A stretch of 64,000 nt of DNA. Source: an uncultured Bacilli bacterium. Lineage in GTDB: Bacteria > Bacillota_I > Bacilli_A > RF39 > UBA660. The DNA is taken from the NCBI GenBank assembly GCA_934168275.1, contig CAKPNA010000001.1, forward strand, positions 249,034 to 313,033, read 5' to 3'. Of this stretch, positions 1 through 9,913 are shown piece after piece; within the stretch, counting starts at the first letter, position 1; each line of letters begins with the position of its first letter. Both the position numbers and the translations under genes were made by a program. The notes beneath the pieces were generated by a model. The model had not been told where the DNA came from. It did not search any database and was given only the letters and a program-made list of their open reading frames with translations.

Positions 1-460
1 CGGCATCCATTGTGTGATTAGTAGCAAGGCTTACCATATTAAAGCCGGCATCAATCATCGCATCTCCTACCTCATATGGTGAATTAAATCTTGGATAATG
101 ACTAGCACCCCCTCCAAGTATTGTCTCTTGATTATAGTATGCTAAATCATAATTACTAACATAATCTTTTATATAACTAACTATTGGTTTAAAATCATAA
201 CCATTGTAATCAGCTAATTTACGAGCATAATCATATACTGCAGCATGGATTAAATTATCTCCGGCCATAACTAATGATAATGAATAATCTTCTTCTTTTG
301 GCTTATCATCAGGTTTATCATTAATAATATTGTTGTGTATTTCTTGATGATCAGCTAAATATTTAACATAAAATCCTGCTCCTACTATAACTATAGCAAG
401 TAAAAATATAACAATAAATGCTTTATTACCATTTGTATTACTTTTTCTTTTTCTCGCCAT
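1..460 (-). CDS. CapA-family (poly-gamma-glutamate synthesis/metallophosphatase-like) protein, N-terminal part; continues beyond window start
   Basis: Reverse translation from the ATG at 458-460 gives MARKRK..(TM)..SLSLVMAGDNLIHAAVYDY...YNQETILGG, matching the CapA/PGA_cap N-terminal pattern (GD..., N-E-T). It overlaps the rnr stop codon by ~20 nt in a different frame. Confidence 0.55.
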   Translation of the reverse strand, partial: MARKRKSNTNGNKAFIVIFLLAIVIVGAGFYVKYLADHQEIHNNIINDKPDDKPKEEDYSLSLVMAGDNLIHAAVYDYARKLADYNGYDFKPIVSYIKDYVSNYDLAYYNQETILGGGASHYPRFNSPYEVGDAMIDAGFNMVSLATNHTMDA

Positions 461-2552
461 AATCTACATCCTTTACTATCTTAAAATCAACCATACTAGT
501 TTCACGAGAAGCATTAATAACTTCGACGGTAACTACATCACCAAACATATATCTATTCTTACTGTTCTTACCAACCATAATGCCTAGTTCTTTATCATAG
601 ACATAATAGTCACCTTTTATATCTTCTACTTTAACTAAACCTTCAACAGTGTTTTCTAGTTGAACAAATATTCCAAATTCACAAACTCCACTAACAACAC
701 CTTTAAATACTTCGCCAATATGTCCTTCCATATATTGTGCTTTCTTCATCTTTTCTACATCACGTTCACAATTTATTGAGTCTTGTTCTTTAATCGAAGA
801 ATGATCAGCAATAACCGGTAATAACTTCTCCCACTTAGATATTGTTTTAGTAGAATACTTTCTTAAATAATCTTTAACCAATCTATGTAATGTTAAATCT
901 GGATATCTTCTAATAGGAGATGTAAAATGTGAGTATCTCTTACTGCCTAAACCAAAGTGTCCAATATTAACATTAGAATATTTAGCTTTAGCCATGGTTT
1001 GAATAGCTAAACTACTTAAAATGCTACCTTCTTCTTTATCTTTAAACATATCTAGCATCTTCTGATAACTATAATTCTTTATCTTATTAACATCCATATT
1101 AAAACTATATCCCTTTAAAGATAAGAATCTAATAAATGTCTTTAACTTTTCAGGATTTGGTTTATCATGAACACGATATATACCCGGCAAATCCATATCT
1201 TCAACAAAGCCGGCAACTGTTTCATTAGCCACTATCATAAAGTTTTCAATTAATTTCTCTCCGGTACGTTGACTACGTAAGACAATATCTATTGGTTCAC
1301 ATTTTTCGTTAACTAATATTTTAGCTTCCGGACTGTCAAACTCTAAGTATCCTCGTCTAACCATCTTACTTCTAAGAATATCTGATAACTCCTTCATTAA
1401 CTTTAAGTTATCAGAAAATTCCTCATATCCTTCTGGAATAGTTTTTTCTTCTAATATTTTATTAACATTATTATATGTCATTTGTTTTTTAGAACATATA
1501 ACACTTTCAAAAATACGATAATCTACTACTTCACCTTTATTATTAATTTTCATAACACAAGATAAAGCCAATCTATTAGTATTAGGATTTAATGAACATA
1601 TACCATTAGATAATTGATGAGGAAGCATTGGAATAACTCTATCAACTAGATAAACACTAGTGCCTCTCTTAAAGGCATCTTTATCTATCTCTCCATCTTG
1701 TTTAACATAATAACTAACATCTGCTATATGAACACCTAATTCATATAAATCATTATCTAATTTTTTAAGTGATACCGCATCATCAATATCTTTTGTATCA
1801 TCACCATCAATAGTAAATATAAGTTCACGTCTTAAATCAATACGACCACTTAAGTCTCTTATTAATACTTCGCTAGGTAAACTATTTACTTCTTTCATTT
1901 CTTCATCAGAATACTTAGGATCAAAACCATATTGATAAGCATATGACAAAATATCTACTCCAATATCATTCTTATGACCAATAATAGCTATAACCTCTCC
2001 TAAATAAGTATTATCTTTAAAAGGCATTACTACTACTTTATGACCTGGTACAGCATTCATTGTATGACCATTAGGAATCTCTATTATCTTACCATTTCTT
2101 TGATCAGACTTAACAAAATTCTTACCATTCTCTGTATAAAACTCTCCAATAATATTTGACTCATCACGTTTTAATACTTTAATTACTTTACCTTCATTAC
2201 TCCTCTTATCAATAACTTCTATTAAAACAATATCACTATCTCTAGCATCTAACAAGTTTTTAGCATTAATATATACATCATCGTGACCTTCTCCAATAAT
2301 AACAAAACCATATCCTTTAGCATTTACTATAATCTTACCTTTTAAATAATGTGTATTAGTAATAAGTGTATATCTTTTTTTCTTTTCACTATAATATATT
2401 TCTCCATCACTACACATTTCATCTAAAACATCATTAAGTTCCCTTAACTCTTCAGGAGTCTTTAAACCTAATAAATCATTTATTTCAATAATAGTTAAAG
2501 ATAAATTCTTTTTACTATTTAAACACTCTAATATTTTATCTTTCATATCCAT
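438..2552 (-). CDS. rnr: Ribonuclease R (RNB-family 3'-5' exoribonuclease with C-terminal S1 domain)
   Basis: 704 aa. The RNB catalytic signature HFGLGSKRYSHFTSPIRRYPDLTLHRL is present, with OB/cold-shock-like N-terminus and C-terminal S1 region followed by a Lys-rich tail. Confidence 0.9.
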   Translation of the reverse strand: MDMKDKILECLNSKKNLSLTIIEINDLLGLKTPEELRELNDVLDEMCSDGEIYYSEKKKRYTLITNTHYLKGKIIVNAKGYGFVIIGEGHDDVYINAKNLLDARDSDIVLIEVIDKRSNEGKVIKVLKRDESNIIGEFYTENGKNFVKSDQRNGKIIEIPNGHTMNAVPGHKVVVMPFKDNTYLGEVIAIIGHKNDIGVDILSYAYQYGFDPKYSDEEMKEVNSLPSEVLIRDLSGRIDLRRELIFTIDGDDTKDIDDAVSLKKLDNDLYELGVHIADVSYYVKQDGEIDKDAFKRGTSVYLVDRVIPMLPHQLSNGICSLNPNTNRLALSCVMKINNKGEVVDYRIFESVICSKKQMTYNNVNKILEEKTIPEGYEEFSDNLKLMKELSDILRSKMVRRGYLEFDSPEAKILVNEKCEPIDIVLRSQRTGEKLIENFMIVANETVAGFVEDMDLPGIYRVHDKPNPEKLKTFIRFLSLKGYSFNMDVNKIKNYSYQKMLDMFKDKEEGSILSSLAIQTMAKAKYSNVNIGHFGLGSKRYSHFTSPIRRYPDLTLHRLVKDYLRKYSTKTISKWEKLLPVIADHSSIKEQDSINCERDVEKMKKAQYMEGHIGEVFKGVVSGVCEFGIFVQLENTVEGLVKVEDIKGDYYVYDKELGIMVGKNSKNRYMFGDVVTVEVINASRETSMVDFKIVKDVDYGEKKKK

Positions 2553-2579
2553 CCTCCATTATTAATAACATGAAAAATA

Positions 2580-3065
2580 TTACTCTATCGTAGTAATCAA
2601 ATTCTTTGTACTAGGTAAAGATAAATTATTATCTTCTGCTCCAGACGCTCCAACATTTAATACTACTTCACTAGTCCCGTTATTATATATTCGAATTATT
2701 CTATTTAATGTTGTATTAGCACTAATAGTACCACTAGTAGCAGCATTTTGTGTTACTCTAACACTAGTAAGACTACCATTAATTAGTTCATACCAGCAAG
2801 CATAGTTCAATGTCTTAGAAGTTGAATTAGTAATATTTAACTCAACACTGACACTCTCACCCGGAAGAACGCCCACAACACGGCCTTCATCTAAAGTAAT
2901 TACTTTATTAATAGTACTAACAGTATTAATATTAACGACATTATTAACTGTATAATTATAACTAAAATATGAATAAGTAGTATATATACCTGCACCTACT
3001 AGCCCAATTATTAAAATAATTACTATTATTAAATTTTTTAAAGGGAACTTTTTAATTTTATTCAT
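2580..3065 (-). CDS. Secreted protein with SipW-cognate (TasA/camelysin-type) signal peptide
   Basis: 161 aa. The N-terminus KKFPLKNLIIVIILIIGLVGAGIYTTYSYFSY resembles the SipW-cognate motif (GTYAYF). The rest is N/S/T-rich and beta-rich. Confidence 0.45.
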   Translation of the reverse strand: MNKIKKFPLKNLIIVIILIIGLVGAGIYTTYSYFSYNYTVNNVVNINTVSTINKVITLDEGRVVGVLPGESVSVELNITNSTSKTLNYACWYELINGSLTSVRVTQNAATSGTISANTTLNRIIRIYNNGTSEVVLNVGASGAEDNNLSLPSTKNLITTIE

Positions 3066-3200
3066 ACCAAATGCTCCTATCTAACTACTATAATGATAGC
3101 ATAAATCTAACTAATAAGCAATCAAAAAAAATCAATTTATTTAAATTGACTATTCAAGTTTATTTTAACATATTTAAAAAACGTACAACTAGTGCACGCC

Positions 3201-3647
3201 TTACTTAGATTCTCTTGTAATACCATAACCATCTAATAACTCATTTTGTTTACCAAACATAACTTTTTCATCCTCTTCTTCCATATGATCATAACCAAGA
3301 AGATGTAAAATACCATGTGTTGCTAAGAAAAATACTTCTCTTTTAACTGAATGATTATATAACTCTGCTTGTTCAATAGCTTTCTCATAAGATATATAAA
3401 TATCTCCCAAAAGTCTAAAGTCATCATATACAACATCCATATTATCTTCAAGAGCAAAACTAATAACATCAGTCTCCCTATCTACATTACGATATTCACG
3501 ATTAATTTCTCTTATCTCTTTATTATCAATAAATATTATATTAAATATTGCGTTCTCTATATCCAATTCCTTAACTACATACTTAATATAATCTTCTAAC
3601 TCACTAGTATTAATATCATTATTAGTATTATTAAATATCTCAAACAT
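3201..3647 (-). CDS. ybeY: rRNA maturation endoribonuclease YbeY
   Basis: 148 aa with the conserved metal-binding motif HGILHLLGYDH. Confidence 0.9.
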   Translation of the reverse strand: MFEIFNNTNNDINTSELEDYIKYVVKELDIENAIFNIIFIDNKEIREINREYRNVDRETDVISFALEDNMDVVYDDFRLLGDIYISYEKAIEQAELYNHSVKREVFFLATHGILHLLGYDHMEEEDEKVMFGKQNELLDGYGITRESK

Positions 3648-3656
3648 ATATATCTC

Positions 3657-4274
3657 CTATCTAAACCATCCAATAACATCAATATTGAACGAATATATAA
3701 GTATTATACACAATATTAAGATAAAAATAAAGTTAATAAACGAATCTCTCTTCATAAATTTAGGAAGTCTACTCTCTACTGCCGACAAAGCAACATAAAT
3801 TAAGAACCCACAAAAACCACCAACAACATTTAAAATAACATCATCTATATCAAATACTCTGCCTATCTTTAATTGTACTAACTCAATAGTTAAACTAACT
3901 ATTAAAGTTAAAACAAGTGGATAACTAACTTTATTAGCCTTCAAATAATAAGAAACAAAGAATCCAAAAGGTAAAAACATAAGGATATTACCAACAACAT
4001 TTCTAATAAATTTAGGGCTTCCAAAACTATATCTAAACATCTCTTTAAATGGTATTAAATTAACCCCACCATAGTTAACGTCTTGATAAGTAACCACATA
4101 ATATAAACATAATATATATATCATAAATATTAAAGCCAAAAATTCTCTATGAAACACAAATTTCTTATTATATTTTATTATATAAGCTATCCTAAAAGAA
4201 GACACTATAACAGTAATAAGAACTATCATGGGCCACACATTTATAAAACTATCAATCATAATAGACTTAAGCAT
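3657..4274 (-). CDS. VanZ-like family membrane protein
   Basis: 205 aa, multi-TM. Carries the VanZ signatures GNILMFLPFGFF and ELVQLKIGRVFDIDDVILNVVGG. Confidence 0.65.
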   Translation of the reverse strand: MLKSIMIDSFINVWPMIVLITVIVSSFRIAYIIKYNKKFVFHREFLALIFMIYILCLYYVVTYQDVNYGGVNLIPFKEMFRYSFGSPKFIRNVVGNILMFLPFGFFVSYYLKANKVSYPLVLTLIVSLTIELVQLKIGRVFDIDDVILNVVGGFCGFLIYVALSAVESRLPKFMKRDSFINFIFILILCIILIYSFNIDVIGWFR

Positions 4275-4288
4275 TAATAATCACCTCG

Positions 4289-4846
4289 TTAATCTCCCCT
4301 TAAAGCAGTACCCGGGCTATCGTTTGTATTCATAACTGCAATCCCTGTTGAAGTTAAATTGCCAACAAACCTCTTACCTAAAACCTGAGATGAAGTAGCA
4401 CTGCTAGTTATCCAAAATCTTAAAGAAACCACTCTAGATGAACCAGGATTTAAAATAACATTTTTAATTATAACATTATTATTAGTTGACAAGAAGGCAG
4501 GTTGCTGTCCATCAACCGAAACCTTAATTAAACTATTAGATAAAGTACTGCTAGAAGACGCATCTATTTTTACATCAAATTTATAAGTTAAAGTACCAGT
4601 ATTAGTAATAGTTATAGTTTTTGCATCTGTTTGCATACCATCACTATCCGACATTGGATATGCATTATTTAAACTAACAACTGAATTACTATAACTTAAT
4701 TTTAATGTTCCTGTACCATAACTTTGAACAGTAGAACTAACACTAGAAGTAAATAAAGCATAAGATTCTTTACCTATAGATACTACTAACACTAAAACAA
4801 GAAGTGATAATAATAATTTTCTATATCTTCCTTCCATTCTACTCAC
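4289..4846 (-). CDS. Secreted protein with SipW-cognate-type signal peptide (second paralog-like member)
   Basis: 185 aa. The N-terminus RKLLLSLLVLVLVVSIGKESYALFTSS is followed by S/T/N-rich beta-rich sequence. The architecture matches 2580..3065. Confidence 0.45.
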   Translation of the reverse strand: MSRMEGRYRKLLLSLLVLVLVVSIGKESYALFTSSVSSTVQSYGTGTLKLSYSNSVVSLNNAYPMSDSDGMQTDAKTITITNTGTLTYKFDVKIDASSSSTLSNSLIKVSVDGQQPAFLSTNNNVIIKNVILNPGSSRVVSLRFWITSSATSSQVLGKRFVGNLTSTGIAVMNTNDSPGTALRGD

Positions 4847-4932
4847 CTATCCTATACTTACAATTTTACCAAAACTACAAATATATATCAAGTGATTTAA
4901 CAAAAAAAAATATTTTACATACATTATCATAG

Positions 4933-5379
4933 GTGAATATAATGAATATCAGTAAACTTGGTAATGACTATTTAATTAAAATATATAAAGAAGAAATAAA
5001 AGATATAAATATTTATAATATAGATGATATATATACTTTAATTAAGTTAATTATTAAAAAAATAATTAAGAATAATAATATATCTGGTAACTACCAAATA
5101 AATATTTATACTAATGACATATATGGCATGATAATAGAATTTAATAAAATAAAAGAAAATAGTTATATTGACCTAAAAATCAATATAACTATAGATAGTA
5201 TCTTCCTTTATAAAACTAATAGTAATTACTTAAACACTAATAATACTATATATTACTATAAAAACAACTATTATATCTTACCTAAAGACAATAATATAAA
5301 CTTACTAGAAGTAGAAGAAGTATTATATGGTAATATTGTTAAAGAAATATTATCTAAAGGTATTAAACTAAAGCCATAA
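4933..5379 (+). CDS. Hypothetical N/I/K-rich protein (only plus-strand ORF in an otherwise 570-bp gap)
   Basis: 148-aa ORF with a plausible RBS (aggtgaatataATG). It has no recognisable motif and could be spurious in AT-rich DNA. Confidence 0.3.
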   Translation: MNIMNISKLGNDYLIKIYKEEIKDINIYNIDDIYTLIKLIIKKIIKNNNISGNYQINIYTNDIYGMIIEFNKIKENSYIDLKINITIDSIFLYKTNSNYLNTNNTIYYYKNNYYILPKDNNINLLEVEEVLYGNIVKEILSKGIKLKP

Positions 5380-5419
5380 TTATACATTATATCAAAAAAA
5401 GATCCTACCGTAGTAGAAT

Positions 5420-5656
5420 CTATTCAGCGCTCTCATCAACATTAAAATCTTTAAGTTCACCATTATCTGCTAAAATCTTATTTACTTTATCAGATACCTC
5501 AGTTAATTTATTATTACAATCTTTTACTAATTCCATAGCCTTAGTATATTTATTAATTGCATCATCTAAATTAACTTCTCCAGACTCTAATTCTTTAACA
5601 ATACTCTCTAATTCTTTTATCTTATCTTCAAAACTTATATCTTTTTTCTTATCCAT
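5420..5656 (-). CDS. xseB: Exodeoxyribonuclease VII small subunit
   Basis: 78 aa with an XseB-like coiled-coil sequence (FEDKIKELESIVKELESGEVNLDDAINKYTKAMEL). It lies immediately downstream of xseA. Confidence 0.85.
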   Translation of the reverse strand: MDKKKDISFEDKIKELESIVKELESGEVNLDDAINKYTKAMELVKDCNNKLTEVSDKVNKILADNGELKDFNVDESAE

Positions 5657-6924
5657 TAATTTTCACTCACCTTTACTACCTTAGAATATATATTACCATC
5701 TTTTAGATTAATAACTATATCATCATTATCTTTAACATTAGCTATACTAGATACTACTACATTATCTTTCTTAATAATACCATATCCTCTATTTAAAGTA
5801 CTAATTGGATTTAATACTTCTAACTTCTCAGTTAATCCTAACAAAGCTTGTTCTTTAAACTTATATAACATACTAGGATTAGTTAATATATAAGAATTAC
5901 TACTCTTAAATAATCTAACTTTATTATTATCAATAACTATATTAATCTCTTTATTTAATTTATCGATTAAATTATCTAATTTTTGTTCTAATATCTCATA
6001 CATAGCAGTTGGTTTCTTTAATATATAACTATTTGCTACATTACTAATTCTAGTTTGATAATTATTAATAGTATTATTAATAGCTTGATAACTTCTTCCC
6101 TTAGCAGTTTCTAAATAATTTAATATTGTACTAGTATCAGGTACTGCTAACTCTGCTGCCGCTGTTGGTGTTGGAGCTCTTAAATCTGCTACAAAATCTG
6201 CAATTGTAAAATCAATTTCATGTCCTACCGCACTAATAACTGGTACTTTTGAATTATATATTGCCCTAGCAACTATCTCTTCATTAAATGGCCATAAATC
6301 CTCTAAAGAACCACCACCACGACCAACTATTAAAGTATCTATATCATAAGTATTAGCTAACTCTATCTTCTTAACTATATCTGCTGCAGCATCATTACCT
6401 TGTACTAAAGCCGGAAATAGTATAGTTTCACATATTGGATATCTTCTCTTAATAGTTGTTAATATATCTCTAATAGCCGCTCCTGTTGAAGCTGTAACTA
6501 TTCCAATTCTCTTAGGCATTCTAGGTATTCTTTTTTTATGTTCCGGATTAAATAATCCTTCTTTAGCTAAATCTTTCTTTAACTTTTCAAAAGCAACATA
6601 TAAATTACCAATACCATCTTCTGCCATATTCTCAACATATATCTGATAAGAACCTGTCTGTTCATAAACACTAATTCTACCTACTACTAAAACCTTCATC
6701 CCATCACAAGGCATAAACTTTAAATTACCTGTATGATAAGAAAACATAACTGCATTTAATCTACTAGTTTCATCTTTTAAAGTAAAATAATAATGTCCTC
6801 TTGTATGTGCCTTAAAATTAGATATTTCTCCCTTTAAATATACCATTCTTAAATTAGTATCATTCTCAAACTTAGTCTTTAAATATCTATTTAATTCACT
6901 AATAGTTATATAGTTATTGTTCAT
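5656..6924 (-). CDS. xseA: Exodeoxyribonuclease VII large subunit
   Basis: 422 aa with an N-terminal OB-fold region and catalytic core. The nusB-xseA-xseB order is conserved. Confidence 0.85.
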   Translation of the reverse strand: MNNNYITISELNRYLKTKFENDTNLRMVYLKGEISNFKAHTRGHYYFTLKDETSRLNAVMFSYHTGNLKFMPCDGMKVLVVGRISVYEQTGSYQIYVENMAEDGIGNLYVAFEKLKKDLAKEGLFNPEHKKRIPRMPKRIGIVTASTGAAIRDILTTIKRRYPICETILFPALVQGNDAAADIVKKIELANTYDIDTLIVGRGGGSLEDLWPFNEEIVARAIYNSKVPVISAVGHEIDFTIADFVADLRAPTPTAAAELAVPDTSTILNYLETAKGRSYQAINNTINNYQTRISNVANSYILKKPTAMYEILEQKLDNLIDKLNKEINIVIDNNKVRLFKSSNSYILTNPSMLYKFKEQALLGLTEKLEVLNPISTLNRGYGIIKKDNVVVSSIANVKDNDDIVINLKDGNIYSKVVKVSEN

Positions 6925-7327
6925 TATCTACCCTACTATGATAAACCTTATCAAGAACTCCATTAATCATCTTACAAACACTATCATCAGAATAACTCTT
7001 AGCAAGTTCTACTGCTTCATCAATACTAACTAAACTAGGTACATCAGTATATAATAATTCATAGATAGCAATTCTTAAAATAGCTTGATCAGTTAACCCT
7101 AATCTATCTATTGTCCAATTATCTAAATACTTATTAGCACACTCATCTATCTCTTTAATATTCTCTACAACACCATGTACTAAATTAGTAATAAACTTAC
7201 TCTTAACTTCAGTTTGTGAATCTATTATATTATCTATATCATAATCAATATTATTAGTCTCATATAACTTAATTTGATATAATATTGTCATTGCTTTATA
7301 TCTTTGTTCATGTCTACTTAATTCCAT
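6914..7327 (-). CDS. nusB: Transcription antitermination factor NusB
   Basis: 137 aa with a NusB-like sequence (AILRIAIYELLY..., DEAVELAKSY). Confidence 0.85.
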   Translation of the reverse strand: MELSRHEQRYKAMTILYQIKLYETNNIDYDIDNIIDSQTEVKSKFITNLVHGVVENIKEIDECANKYLDNWTIDRLGLTDQAILRIAIYELLYTDVPSLVSIDEAVELAKSYSDDSVCKMINGVLDKVYHSRVDNEQ

Positions 7328-7508
7328 CTAAATCACCTACCAACTAAATCATAACATAAAATAAACATTTTGTTAACCATAAAACTCTATTTAAAGAAAA
7401 AAATATACATCTGAAGACAACTAAACTATATATAAAAATGCCAGCCACTGACTAACATATATAACGCATCTTTTTCATTTTACATAAATATTAAACATAT
7501 ATTATTAT

Positions 7509-8795
7509 ATGAAAAGTAAATTTATTAAATCCACTATTATTCTCCTAATAGGAGGCTTATTAACTAAAATATTAAGTATGGTTATTAGAATATTTCTAAC
7601 TAGAGCTATAACTACTAAAGGAATAGGACTATATATGTTAATCTTACCAACATTTAATCTCTTTATAACTCTATCAACCTTCTCATTACCAATATCTATA
7701 TCTAAACTAATAAGTGAAAATAAAAAAAGAAGTAAAAATATCATTCTATCTATTATTCCTGTATCTTTATTATATAACTTTATATTAATGTTTATATTAA
7801 TTATTATTAGTCCCTTAATTAGTAAATACTTACTTAATAATACTACTCTATATTATCCTGTTATGGCTATATCTTTAACATTACCTTTTATTTGTATCTC
7901 TAATATTATTAAAGGATACTTCTTTGGTAAAGAAAGAATGTTTCCCTATATTATGTCTAATATTATCGAACAAATAGTAAGATTAATATTAACTATAACT
8001 CTTATTCCTAAACTAATGACTATTAATTTAACTATAGCTATTGTTGGAGTAGTTCTTATAAATATTGTAAGTGAATTATCTTCTACTATTACTATGATGT
8101 TATTTATCCCTAAAGTAATAGACCTAAAAGTAGAAGACTTTAAATATAATAAAGGTATATTTCGAGAAATATTAAACGTAAGTATTCCCACAACAGGTAG
8201 TCGACTAATAGGCTCAATTACCTACTTTCTAGAACCCATTATCTTAACATTTGTCCTCTTACAAGTAGGATATACTAATGACTTTATAACTAATCAATAT
8301 GGTATTATTAATGGTTATGTTTATCCTATCTTATTATTACCATCATTCTTTACCATGGCTATATCTAATGCCCTCCTACCTGTAGTATCTAATAATTATA
8401 ACAACAATAGAAAATCATATGCTAAAAATAAAATACAACAAGCCATTATTATTTCTCTCTTAGTAGGAGTGCCTGCTACAATTATCTTAATGATATTCCC
8501 TGAATTCTTCTTAAAACTTATCTATAACACTACCCTAGGAAGTAATTATATTAGAATAGTTGCACCTGTATTTATCTTACATTATATTCAAGCACCCCTA
8601 ACAATAACTCTCCAAGCTATAGGTAAATCAAAGATTGCCATGAAAGGTACACTATATGGTTCAATCATAAGAACAATTCTCTTATTTACTACTAGTTATT
8701 TAAAAATAGGTATCTGGGGTTTAATAATTGCTACAACTTCGAATATTGTTTATATAACCTTACAGCACCTTTATTATGTTAAAAAATATATATAA
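7509..8795 (+). CDS. MOP-superfamily flippase (SpoVB/Wzx/MurJ-like polysaccharide-biosynthesis membrane protein)
   Basis: 428 aa with about 12-14 TM segments. The N-terminus LIGGLLTKILSMVIRIFLTRAITTKGIGLY is typical of SpoVB/polysaccharide biosynthesis proteins. Confidence 0.65.
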   Translation: MKSKFIKSTIILLIGGLLTKILSMVIRIFLTRAITTKGIGLYMLILPTFNLFITLSTFSLPISISKLISENKKRSKNIILSIIPVSLLYNFILMFILIIISPLISKYLLNNTTLYYPVMAISLTLPFICISNIIKGYFFGKERMFPYIMSNIIEQIVRLILTITLIPKLMTINLTIAIVGVVLINIVSELSSTITMMLFIPKVIDLKVEDFKYNKGIFREILNVSIPTTGSRLIGSITYFLEPIILTFVLLQVGYTNDFITNQYGIINGYVYPILLLPSFFTMAISNALLPVVSNNYNNNRKSYAKNKIQQAIIISLLVGVPATIILMIFPEFFLKLIYNTTLGSNYIRIVAPVFILHYIQAPLTITLQAIGKSKIAMKGTLYGSIIRTILLFTTSYLKIGIWGLIIATTSNIVYITLQHLYYVKKYI

Positions 8796-8818
8796 AAACT
8801 AGAACTCAATGTCCTAGT

Positions 8819-9913
8819 TTATTTATTTGTTTCTTCCTTCTTACTATTTAAATCTAATTTTAAGACTCTACATCTATTAGTTTTCTTCTCATCAGTACTT
8901 TCCTTAGGTTTACTATTTCCATATAATGAAGTTGTCATAATATTATAAACTGTATTATAACAAGTTCGATCAACAACACTAGTTTTTAAAGTTTGATCAA
9001 CAAAGTCTTCACTATCATCATCAAGTTCTTGAACAATATATTCATACAATTCATCACTTATACAATCATATTGCTTAATCTTTTCTATAATACCGAGTTT
9101 TTTACCTATATAATATATCAAAAATGTTTCTGTAAAAATACTATCTACTTCTTCCATATATTCATAAATCTTATCTAACATATCTTTATATTTTTTTCTC
9201 TCATCCATAGAAATATATCTATCCCAATTCTTTTGAATGTTAACTATTCTTTCTCTAAAAGGTATTAATACATCTAAATGAGCACTAGCAAACGATGCTA
9301 ACATCGAATCATATCTTTCAACAATACTAAGCATACAATTATTTATTCCACTACTATTTATATCTTCAGGTCTCCTAAATCTTTCATGTAATATTTTTTC
9401 TAAATCACATTCACTAAGTATTTCTTCAATCATTTTTTTAGCATAATACTTTAAAATTATTTCACTATGATTATAAGAATCATATATTAATAAGAATCCA
9501 TATCCAATACTTCTTTTTACTTCTCCATCTTTTACCTTACTTAATTCAAATAATACTCTTTTACCAGAATATATTGCTTCACTAATAACATTATACTTAA
9601 TATCTTTTGTTAGTTCTTCCATAATAATAACTAATTCAATTCTCTCATAATCAGTATCTGTATTATCCAAAAAATAATCTGCTACATTCTTAATAAAACT
9701 AATATCATTCTTAAACTTTAAAACTATATATTTAACAAACTCATAATCTTTCTGAACACTATCTGAACATAAATTATACATTTCTTTATCATTTGAATAT
9801 TCAATAACTTTCATCATAAAATATTTATCATTTTCTAATTCATCTACTGAATAATTTCCTAAATCATCACCATTAATATAACTAATAATTAAATCTTTAC
9901 TATATTTACTCAT
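8819..9913 (-). CDS. Hypothetical acidic cytoplasmic protein, translationally coupled to the upstream sigma factor gene
   Basis: 364 aa with no TM and no recognisable motif. Its start overlaps the sigma gene stop by 4 nt. Confidence 0.5.
   Translation of the reverse strand: MSKYSKDLIISYINGDDLGNYSVDELENDKYFMMKVIEYSNDKEMYNLCSDSVQKDYEFVKYIVLKFKNDISFIKNVADYFLDNTDTDYERIELVIIMEELTKDIKYNVISEAIYSGKRVLFELSKVKDGEVKRSIGYGFLLIYDSYNHSEIILKYYAKKMIEEILSECDLEKILHERFRRPEDINSSGINNCMLSIVERYDSMLASFASAHLDVLIPFRERIVNIQKNWDRYISMDERKKYKDMLDKIYEYMEEVDSIFTETFLIYYIGKKLGIIEKIKQYDCISDELYEYIVQELDDDSEDFVDQTLKTSVVDRTCYNTVYNIMTTSLYGNSKPKESTDEKKTNRCRVLKLDLNSKKEETNK

Noticed and set aside
3369-3599. Plus-strand small ORFs embedded antisense in minus-strand genes (3369..3599, 7946..8191 and 7505..7744 on minus within the flippase, 8993..9178, 11913..12455, 12737..12946, 13502..13702, 16056..16241, 21244..21468, 21959..22180, 27118..27369, 31544..31816, 32908..33105, 34214..34492, 36237..36655, 37069..37269, 37353..37813, 39971..40216, 48023..48250, 51932..52117, 55065..55247, 61836..62105)
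   Set aside because: All lie wholly inside longer, motif-supported genes on the opposite strand. They have low-complexity I/F/L/N-rich translations typical of antisense frames in AT-rich DNA, and none has an RBS.
4933-5379. Plus-strand 148-aa ORF as a confident gene
   Set aside because: It is kept only as a low-confidence feature. It has no motif, extreme N/I/K/Y composition and is the sole plus-strand ORF in a minus-strand block, though it does occupy an otherwise empty 570-bp gap and has a weak RBS.
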